Below are positions 1 to 7,177 of a stretch of DNA of 32,000 nt, piece after piece. The translations under genes and the position numbers were made by a program. Location of the stretch: positions 3,600,001-3,632,000 of the forward strand of contig JALDRA010000001.1 of the NCBI GenBank assembly GCA_031316235.1. Direction: 5' to 3'. Position 1 is the stretch's first letter, and every line of letters starts with the position of its first letter. The stretch comes from Candidatus Scalindua sp. Its GTDB lineage: Bacteria > Planctomycetota > Brocadiia > Brocadiales > Scalinduaceae. The notes under the pieces are model-generated. The model was not told the DNA's origin, searched no databases, and saw nothing but the letters and a program-made list of their open reading frames with translations.

Positions 1-530
1 ATCATTTTCAGATCCACCTGAAGATCGGCCCTTATCATCGGATCAAGGGCACCGAGGGGTTCATCCAGAAGGAGCACGTCCGGGTCTAACATGAGGGCAC
101 GCATCAGGCTTACCCGCTGTTGCTGACCACCTGAAAGCTGCACGGGGAAACGTCCAAGACCTTCAGATGGAAAATGCGTCAATTCGGTTAACTCATCCAG
201 GCGTTCTTTAATCCGTTCAACACTCCAGCCCAGATAGCGTGCCATCAGTGTCACGTTGCCATACGCGGTCAGATGAGGGAAAAGGCCTCCCTCCTGGATA
301 ACATAACCCATCTTTCGCCTTAAAGAGATTACAGCATCAGGAGTGACCATGGTTCCTTCGACAGAAACAGATCCACTGTCTGCCTCTATAAGGCCGATGA
401 TGAGACGGAGTATAGTTGATTTTCCACAGCCGCTCTGGCCGATGAACACCGTTGTCCGACCGGTTGGAATGGTTAAATCGATGGATTTAAGTGCCCTGGT
501 TTTACCATAGATTTTGGAAACATCCTGCAT
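1..530 (-). CDS. ABC transporter ATP-binding subunit, osmoprotectant (OpuC/YehX-like) type; 3' end runs off the window
   Basis: The frame is open to the window edge, so it is absent from the ORF track. Minus-strand translation from ATG 528-530 gives MQDVSKIYGKTRALKSIDLTIPTGRTTVFIGQSGCGKST (Walker A), QLSGGQQQRVSLMRAL (ABC signature) and LLLDEPLGALD (Walker B). GTG at 537-539 is an alternative start. Confidence 0.85.
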   Translation of the reverse strand, partial: MQDVSKIYGKTRALKSIDLTIPTGRTTVFIGQSGCGKSTILRLIIGLIEADSGSVSVEGTMVTPDAVISLRRKMGYVIQEGGLFPHLTAYGNVTLMARYLGWSVERIKERLDELTELTHFPSEGLGRFPVQLSGGQQQRVSLMRALMLDPDVLLLDEPLGALDPMIRADLQVDLKM

Positions 531-562
531 TTTAATCACGTCAGAATCCTTTTTTTATTGGT

Positions 563-674
563 TATACTCATCTCATAATGGTTTTCGGATAAAATCCGAG
601 ATAAAATTGAGCGAGTATACCTTCACCAAGATTTGGTTTCCAGAAAAACCGAAAACCAAATCGGTTTTAGTATA
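563..674 (+). repeat. Structured intergenic repeat, copy 1 (short 112-nt form)
   Basis: Sequence is TATACTCATCTCATAATGGTTTTCGGATAAAATCCGAG...AAACCAAATCGGTTTTAGTATA. It differs from copy 4 (16276-16387) at 6 of 112 positions by hand alignment and has TATACT/AGTATA termini. Confidence 0.9.
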
Positions 675-923
675 GTACTCCCACCTGAACCAGATAGTCG
701 GGCCAGACCTGGATAGATTCATCAGGGCGGCCGGGTACCTAGAATGGCGCTGAGCAACAACAGGGAAGTAGTTGCCCGCCTCGACTACCTGAAGTCCGGC
801 CCGGGGAAGGGGATGGTAGCTGTTTTGAAAGAGATGCACCTTTCTGCGTGCAGAAGCAGAGGCAGCCAGGTTGCGCTAAACTCGACCTGCATCATACCTG
901 CGTTCTTTGGATGTAAGTTACTT

Positions 924-956
924 CCGCCTTATAATGCGGGCGGCGTTTGTCTTTTG
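924..956 (+). terminator. Terminator-like GC stem-loop with a T-rich tail on the plus strand
   Basis: CCGCC (924-928) pairs with GGCGG (939-943) around a 10-nt loop and is followed by CGTTTGTCTTTTG. The T tract is on the plus strand only, although the flanking CDS (962-1762) is on the minus strand. Confidence 0.35.
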
Positions 957-961
957 AATTA

Positions 962-1762
962 TTAAATACTCTCTTTTCTCAAAATTTCCCCGATCTTCCG
1001 GTAAATGGCTTGTGCGGTATTCGGGGTTATCTGAGCATTTATGGTAATTGCCGGGAACATCCCGATGCCACGTTCTCTGGCATGTTGCCGGTCTTTGGCA
1101 ATCTGGGCATCAACATCGAATAAGTTGATAGATGCCTGTGTTTGTTTCTGAGTTTGACCATTTCTGGCAGCGAGTTGAATGAGTGTATCCCAATTCCAGG
1201 GGCCCTGATGGTTGATCAGGGTTTCTTGTATGATGCTGTATTTTCCATCCAACCGGGCAGACTCAACGAGTTTAAGTGCACGGAGAGCTTCCCGTGTCAA
1301 ACCCGGTGCTCTGAGAATAACCCGAAACTGATGAAGCTCTTTAGAGACCTTTTTGACCATTTGCCATATTTGCGGTAAATGTGGATCTGTATAGTCGGCA
1401 AAGACATCTATGATGATCGGACTATTCAGGTCCATGATAATCTCATGCGGTTTTTTTCCTGCTTCAAGGCTTTCCAGGACATAGGAAATCTCATTTTTCC
1501 CGGCACTGCATCCAAAACAGGCTGGTGAATTGAGACTTCCCGGTAAAAATCTTCCACACCGGCATGGGCAAGAACGCTCAGCCAGGATTTCATCTGCCAT
1601 TTTCATGATTTCTTGAAGATCATCTTCGACTGTTTCCGCTTCACACGCACGAAAACTAGAATATAATCCGAAAATTCCAGAAATAAGTATGGTAAAACAG
1701 ATAAAAGATAAAAACCTGCTGACAATTTCTCTCTCTTCTGCACAATTTTTTCTACTCAGCAT
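962..1762 (-). CDS. Membrane-anchored DsbA-like thioredoxin-fold protein lacking the CXXC motif
   Basis: This is a 266-aa ORF with an N-terminal TM helix (FLSFICFTILISGIFGLY) and a Cys-rich stretch (CPCRCG...CFGC). A DsbA-like pattern follows (IIIDVFADYTDPHLPQIW ... GMFPAITINAQ), but the usual CPxC position reads TDPHL. Confidence 0.6.
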   Translation of the reverse strand: MLSRKNCAEEREIVSRFLSFICFTILISGIFGLYSSFRACEAETVEDDLQEIMKMADEILAERSCPCRCGRFLPGSLNSPACFGCSAGKNEISYVLESLEAGKKPHEIIMDLNSPIIIDVFADYTDPHLPQIWQMVKKVSKELHQFRVILRAPGLTREALRALKLVESARLDGKYSIIQETLINHQGPWNWDTLIQLAARNGQTQKQTQASINLFDVDAQIAKDRQHARERGIGMFPAITINAQITPNTAQAIYRKIGEILRKESI

Positions 1763-1773
1763 CTTTTCATGAC

Positions 1774-2166
1774 CTAATAATGATGATAAATTGCAATATA
1801 AAGTTTTTTTACCCTGAACTCAGAGGTTTGGTAAACCTGAGCCTCAGGGTTTGCTCCTCTTCTCACATTCGTCCATAACGTTAATGTGAGGGCGGTACAT
1901 GGTAATACAGAAAGTATCATATCATATGATTGCATCCATTTAAAACCTATTTTGATTCTGTCAATCAACGATGTGCTGTAAGATGTCACCAAAGCCAATC
2001 CTACACCAACCAGCGCACTGCCTGCGATCAGACCTGAACTGAAGAGAATCCCATTTACGCGAGCTTTTTCAAGTGGTTCCTCTTTGAATTTTCTCTCTGT
2101 ATGGTCTCGAAGGAGACCTCCTATCATGATGGGTGTTGTGAGATAGAGAGGAGTTGGTAAATGATG
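1774..2166 (-). pseudogene. C-terminal remnant of an OPT-family oligopeptide transporter
   Basis: The 117-aa ORF (MIGGLLR...ILFSSGLIAGSALVGVGLAL) matches the conserved C-terminal block of OPT transporters (GGLIR ... SGLIAGE-L-G). The frame continues upstream of the ATG (LPTPLYLTTPI) to a stop at 2167-2169. Full OPT proteins are several hundred aa longer, and nothing upstream reads as OPT in one frame. Confidence 0.55.
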
Positions 2167-2327
2167 TCATGGAGAATTTCCAGGAGCTTGAAGCTGACGG
2201 TAAGAATATAGGGATCTACCGGGACAAACGAATTATTTGGCAAGAAGAGAGGACCGTTATCGTTTTTATCTCAGAGAGATTAAAGAGTGGACAGATAAGG
2301 GGAATATATCAATCACTGGGAAAGACA

Positions 2328-2351
2328 GAAAACCATTGTAAGATGAGTATA
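2328..2351 (-). repeat. Stub of the structured repeat (5' end only, 24 nt)
   Basis: The reverse complement reads TATACTCATCTTACAATGGTTTTC, against TATACTCATCTCATAATGGTTTTC at the 5' end of copy 1. It lies where the OPT remnant loses its reading frame. Confidence 0.5.
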
Positions 2352-2395
2352 GTATCCTCCTATAGATAAACGGTCAGACGAGTGCGGAGACAACA

Positions 2396-3355
2396 TCAAT
2401 CAGAAGTAGCTTCAATTAAGAAATCATAACAGTTGTCTCTCAATTCAGCATCAGCTCGTAGTTTCATTGCCTCCCGGGGATGGTGGTTGAGGTGGCCGCT
2501 GATACCATATATATCATTGAAACCCCACTCAATCTGCTTGCGAAGCGGCACCATCTGTTCCTGAATTACCTTGTATACGGGCCTCACATCAAACTTCGGA
2601 TTTTTTAAGAAATTAAGGAGAAGTTCCAGATTGCAGTTACCGGCGCCTCGGCCTATACCGTTAATAGTTGCATCTAGGAGGTTTACACCATCGATAATCG
2701 CCTGTTGAGTATTTGAAAAGGCTAGTTGCTGGTTGTTGTGAGCATGGAAACCCAGTTCCTTATCTGGGGCGTGATCTTTATACAGTTTCAGATAGCCCGT
2801 CACCTGCTCTGAATAAAAGGCCCCATAACTGTCAACCAGGTACAGGTAATCCACCTCTTTGGTTTCATTGATCTGTTCCAATGCTTCAATCAGTTCGGTT
2901 TCGATTGCGGCAGAAGAGGCCATAATGTTGATGGTGGTTTCATACCCAAGATCCTTCGATCGCTTTGCTAAATAGATCCCCTTATCGATATCGGGGACAT
3001 AACAGGCTATGCGGATCATCCCAACTACACTCTGTTCTGCGGGAAGAAGTGATTCAATATCTACTCTCCCGACATCAAACATTACTGCTAAAACGGGAGG
3101 ATTTTGGCATTCATGGGACTCAACCACCTGTCTGAGATCCTCCTCCACACAAAAATTCCATCTCCCATATTTTTCCCGTGTATATTCCTTACACTCACAG
3201 AGTTTTTTACCGATCTCCACGTAATCTACACCGGCATCACAGGTAGCGCGATATATAGATTTAACAAAATCCATGGTAAAGTGGTAATTATTGATCAGGC
3301 CTCCATCTCTAATGCTGCAATCTAAAACCTTAATCTGCTTTCTATACATCTCCAT
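2396..3355 (-). CDS. HMGL-like / pyruvate carboxyltransferase-domain aldolase (DRE-TIM metallolyase family)
   Basis: This 319-aa ORF has the motifs VLDCSIRDGG near the N-terminus and HAHNNQQLAFSNTQQAI, both typical of the HMGL-like domain. Confidence 0.8.
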   Translation of the reverse strand: MEMYRKQIKVLDCSIRDGGLINNYHFTMDFVKSIYRATCDAGVDYVEIGKKLCECKEYTREKYGRWNFCVEEDLRQVVESHECQNPPVLAVMFDVGRVDIESLLPAEQSVVGMIRIACYVPDIDKGIYLAKRSKDLGYETTINIMASSAAIETELIEALEQINETKEVDYLYLVDSYGAFYSEQVTGYLKLYKDHAPDKELGFHAHNNQQLAFSNTQQAIIDGVNLLDATINGIGRGAGNCNLELLLNFLKNPKFDVRPVYKVIQEQMVPLRKQIEWGFNDIYGISGHLNHHPREAMKLRADAELRDNCYDFLIEATSD

Positions 3356-3694
3356 AACTCCTGTAAAAACCAGCTGTCAACTGCATGAAATTCAAAAAAG
3401 TTATTTTAGCGTATACGGGTATGGAAAAACAAGCATTTTTCCGTCCTGATTGATGGTGAGGTGTTTAAAATGAGATGAAACTGCACCAGTTCCGGAAATT
3501 ACCACATCCGGCAACCGAATTTGTTCTATCTGATTATATAATTGAATATTCAACCTAAACTGATATAATTCCGAAAATTGTATTTCAACAAGAAGAAATT
3601 ACCCTTTTTCAGCGTGCACTATGCGTTGATGTTACTGTTGCGTGTTTTTCTTCGTTATGAAAATGCATGAGCAATAGAGGGGAACTCATAGGTA

Positions 3695-4981
3695 ATGGAT
3701 ACAGGGAAAAATAAATATATAAAGGCACCGCTTGGCATGAAGGATCTCTTTCCAACCGAGAGAGTACTATGGAACGAGATAGAAAATGTTGCCAGGGAAG
3801 AGTTTGAATTAAGTGGATATTACGAGATCAGGACCCCGGTTTTTGAAGACACACGTCTTTTTGTCAGAAGTATTGGGGAGACCTCGGACATTGTGGAAAA
3901 AGAGATGTACACGTTTGGGGATACAGATGATTCCATGATTACGCTCCGCCCGGAGAACACCGCACCCGTTATGCGTGCATATCTCGAATATGAGCTTTAT
4001 AAGTCAAAAAAATTCCAGAAATTTTATTATATAGGGCCTATGTTTAGAAAGGAAAGGCCCCAGGCTGGAAGGTTGAGGCAATTTCATCAGATGGGGGTTG
4101 AGGCGGTAGGTTCATATGATCCATTACTTGATGTTGAGACAATAAAGGTTGCAACCAGGGTTTATGACCGGCTTGGACTGACTGGATACAAGGTTAAGGT
4201 TAATTCAATCGGATGTGAAAAGTGCAGGCCTGGTTTCAGGGATCTTTTGAAAGAAGAACTCCGAAGATACAAAGAGGATTTGTGTGAACTCTGTCAGACA
4301 CGTATTGAGAGGAATGTCTTCAGGGTACTTGACTGCAAAAAGGAAAAATGCAGAGAGATCTGTACTAATGTGTCAAGCATCGTAAACCATATCTGTAATG
4401 ACTGCCTGGATCATTTTACTTCGGTAAAAAACACTCTTGAGGATATACGTCTTGACTACACGGTTGATCAAAATCTTGTTCGGGGATTAGATTATTATAC
4501 AAAGACAGTTTACGAAATTACCCATCCCGCTATGGGTGCCAGAGACACTATTTGTGCCGGTGGACGCTATGATAACCTGATATCTGATATAGGCGGCCCC
4601 CCAATTGGTGCTGTTGGTTTTGCTGCGGGGATAGAGGCCTCGTTGATTGCTCTTATCAAGATGAGAAATAAGGAATATCAAACAGAGAACCCACCAGTTA
4701 CACTGGACGCTTACCTTGTCTCCATTGGAAGTGAGACAAGGAGTTATTGCTTCCGGTTACTGAATACTCTCAGGCAGGCCGGCGTATCTGTTGATATGGA
4801 CTATGAAAGCAGAAGTCCAAAGGCACAGATGAGAATGGCCAATAAGACAGGAGCAAAGTTTACTATTGTTATCGGATCTGAAGAGTTGGCAAAAGGCGTA
4901 ATCAAGCTGAAGCATATGCAGACAGGTGAGGAAAATTTTGCCGGGGATCCGGGAGAAACGATACAGATTATTCGTAAATGA
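3695..4981 (+). CDS. hisS: Histidine--tRNA ligase
   Basis: This 428-aa ORF has the class II motifs TLRPENTAPVMR, MFRKERPQAGRLRQFHQ and AGGRYDNL. It also has a Cys-containing insertion (LCELC...LDCKKEKC) and a C-terminal anticodon-binding domain pattern. Confidence 0.95.
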   Translation: MDTGKNKYIKAPLGMKDLFPTERVLWNEIENVAREEFELSGYYEIRTPVFEDTRLFVRSIGETSDIVEKEMYTFGDTDDSMITLRPENTAPVMRAYLEYELYKSKKFQKFYYIGPMFRKERPQAGRLRQFHQMGVEAVGSYDPLLDVETIKVATRVYDRLGLTGYKVKVNSIGCEKCRPGFRDLLKEELRRYKEDLCELCQTRIERNVFRVLDCKKEKCREICTNVSSIVNHICNDCLDHFTSVKNTLEDIRLDYTVDQNLVRGLDYYTKTVYEITHPAMGARDTICAGGRYDNLISDIGGPPIGAVGFAAGIEASLIALIKMRNKEYQTENPPVTLDAYLVSIGSETRSYCFRLLNTLRQAGVSVDMDYESRSPKAQMRMANKTGAKFTIVIGSEELAKGVIKLKHMQTGEENFAGDPGETIQIIRK

Positions 4982-5078
4982 ACATTGTTCATTGTGCTCG
5001 GCACGTCATCCTGAGAGAAAATATTTGACATGGTTATCAAGTGTTTACGATGTCTTTAAAGAGAGAAGGAATAGATGA

Positions 5079-6851
5079 ATGACTGAATTAAAAAGAACCC
5101 ATACCTGCGGGCAGTTAAGGAAGAGTGATGCCGGAAACGAGGTTGTGCTTTCAGGGTGGGTTGATACGAGAAGGGATCACGGGGGAGTAATTTTTATTGA
5201 TTTGCGCGATAGATACGGCAAGTCGCAGATTGTATTTAATCCAGAGCATAATCATGAGGCTCATGATTATGCTTCTGATCTCAGGTCGGAATATGTTATC
5301 GCTGTAAAGGGGAAGGTTTCTGAAAGGCCTGATGGCATGACAAATCCTGATCTGGATACCGGTGAGATTGAAGTATTTGTTGATAAATTAGTACTGTTGA
5401 ATACCAGCGAGACAACGCCTTTTGAAATTACGGCCGATACAGAGGTCTCAACTGAGCTGAGGCTCAAGTATAGATATCTTGATCTGAGACGTCCGGTTAT
5501 GCAGAAGAACATGGTGTTTCGTCACAAAGTGTGTCAAGTTGCCAGACGCTACTTTGACCGTAATGAGTTTGTTGATATTGAAACACCGTTTTTGACTAAA
5601 AGCACTCCCGAAGGAGCAAGAGACTACCTCGTCCCCAGCAGAATAAACAGGGGACAATTCTATGCCCTGCCACAATCTCCACAGCTCTTCAAGCAGCTAT
5701 TGATGGTGTCAGGGATGGACCGGTACTATCAGATAGTAAAGTGTTTTCGAGACGAAGACCTGCGTGCGCAACGTCAGCCGGAATTTACGCAGCTTGACCT
5801 TGAGATGTCATTTGTTAATGAGGAGGATATCATGACTATCATCGAGGGGTTGGTGGCAGAGATTTTCAGGGAGGTGGTGGGGAAGGAGCTTCATGCCCCC
5901 TTCAAACGGATCTCTTACCGAGACGCTATGGATCGTTATGGTTGTGATGCCCCTGATTTGAGGTTTGACATGATAATACATGAGATAACTGATATCGGAG
6001 AAAAATCTGATTTCAAGGTGTTTCAGTCTGTAGCGAAATCTGGCGGCCAGGTAAGGGGAATTAATGCCTCAGGCTGTGGAAAATTTTCAAGAAAAGAGAT
6101 AGACGGACTTACCTCTTTTGTCAATCAATTCGGGGCAAAGGGTCTCGCGTGGTTTAAGGTTGATGAAAATGGATTAACTTCCCAGATTGCAAAGTTCTTT
6201 TCTCCCGAGCTTCAGTCTGAAATACAAGAACGTTTTGATGCTGTACCGGGTGATTTACTTCTCTTTGTGGCTGACAAGCAAAGTGTTGTCTCGCAATCGC
6301 TTTCTCAACTCCGGCTCAACATAGGAAAACAGAAAGGATTGATGAAAAGTGATGAGTTCCATTTTTCCTGGGTTGTTGATTTTCCACTCCTTGAATATAA
6401 TGAAGAGGCAGGCCGGTACGATTCACTTCATCACCCCTTTACCTCACCGCATCATGAAGATCTTAAGCTCCTGGAAGAGAAACCATTGGATGTGAGGGCG
6501 AGGGCATACGATCTTGTCTTAAATGGTATTGAACTGGGAGGTGGGAGCATAAGAATTCACAGATCCGATCTCCAGAAGAGTATCTTCAGCCTGCTCAATA
6601 TTGATGAAGCTACGGCACAAAAAAGATTTGGGTTCCTGCTTGAGGCATTGAAATATGGTGCACCACCCCATGGTGGTATTGCTTTGGGTTTGGACCGAAT
6701 GGTTACGCTGCTCTTAAGGCTTGATGATATCAGAGAAGTGATTGCATTCCCTAAGACACAGAAAGCTACGTGCCTCATGGCCGATGCACCTTCAGAAGTA
6801 GATGACAATCAACTCAAAGAGCTTGGATTGTCACTTCGAAAACCCGATTAA
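5079..6851 (+). CDS. aspS: Aspartate--tRNA ligase
   Basis: This 590-aa ORF has the motifs QSPQLFKQLLM, FRDEDLRAQRQPEFTQLD, GGGSIRIH and GLDRMV. An RBS (GAGAGAAGGA) lies upstream. Confidence 0.95.
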   Translation: MTELKRTHTCGQLRKSDAGNEVVLSGWVDTRRDHGGVIFIDLRDRYGKSQIVFNPEHNHEAHDYASDLRSEYVIAVKGKVSERPDGMTNPDLDTGEIEVFVDKLVLLNTSETTPFEITADTEVSTELRLKYRYLDLRRPVMQKNMVFRHKVCQVARRYFDRNEFVDIETPFLTKSTPEGARDYLVPSRINRGQFYALPQSPQLFKQLLMVSGMDRYYQIVKCFRDEDLRAQRQPEFTQLDLEMSFVNEEDIMTIIEGLVAEIFREVVGKELHAPFKRISYRDAMDRYGCDAPDLRFDMIIHEITDIGEKSDFKVFQSVAKSGGQVRGINASGCGKFSRKEIDGLTSFVNQFGAKGLAWFKVDENGLTSQIAKFFSPELQSEIQERFDAVPGDLLLFVADKQSVVSQSLSQLRLNIGKQKGLMKSDEFHFSWVVDFPLLEYNEEAGRYDSLHHPFTSPHHEDLKLLEEKPLDVRARAYDLVLNGIELGGGSIRIHRSDLQKSIFSLLNIDEATAQKRFGFLLEALKYGAPPHGGIALGLDRMVTLLLRLDDIREVIAFPKTQKATCLMADAPSEVDDNQLKELGLSLRKPD

Positions 6852-6982
6852 GCTGTTGTTGAACCAAAACTACCCATCCACGGCGTTGCTGCAATAATTC
6901 TCCAATCCTCACGTACTTGAGTACGCTCCGGTTGAAGAATTATTACGCGCCTTGTACCTTGGCAGTTTTGGTTCAACAACTG
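6852..6982. repeat. Long imperfect palindrome (about 130-nt hairpin) immediately after aspS
   Basis: The outer arms GTTGTTGAACCAAAACTaCC (6855-6874) and GGcAGTTTTGGTTCAACAAC (6961-6980) pair with one mismatch. An inner pairing joins GCAATAATTCT with AGAATTATTaC, and the apex is CGTACTtgAGTACG. Confidence 0.8.
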
Positions 6983-7177
6983 GGTATCTAAATTGTGCTA
7001 CTCGTTTGGCCTACCTGACTCATCATTCAGACAGGGAAACGAGCGGTAAAAACATCAAAAATAGTCGTAAATCGTAATTCGTAAATCCTTTTCCGTCTCA
7101 TCCTGCTTGGGTTTCCATAAAATACACGGAGTATCTCTCGTCTGCACTTCTTAACTTCGGATAGGTGGTGGTGAAAA

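Noticed and set aside
573-839. ORF-track peptides that recur across the window (573-839 -, 13507-13704 +, 16220-16447 +, 24794-25006 -, 26056-26316 -), with shared strings such as ILISYWISDKIRDKI and HQDLVSGKTENQI.
   Set aside because: They are translations of the repeated DNA element. The element-spanning frame is broken by stops in copies 1, 3 and 6 and shifted by a 1-nt indel in copy 6. The peptide is therefore not conserved as coding sequence, and the ORFs simply extend into unrelated flanks.
675-961. Assigning the GC-rich island to RNase P RNA, a cobalamin riboswitch, SRP RNA, tmRNA, ykkC/guanidine or c-di-AMP (ydaO) riboswitches.
   Set aside because: Individual short motifs resemble pieces of these RNAs, but they are in the wrong order or on the wrong strand. 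Key invariant blocks are absent: GGAAAGUCCGGGC for RNase P, GGUG-AA-UCC plus a contiguous B12 box for cobalamin, GGAA-tetraloop helix 8 for SRP, and a tRNA-like 3' end for tmRNA. The length is also too short for RNase P or tmRNA. I left it unassigned.
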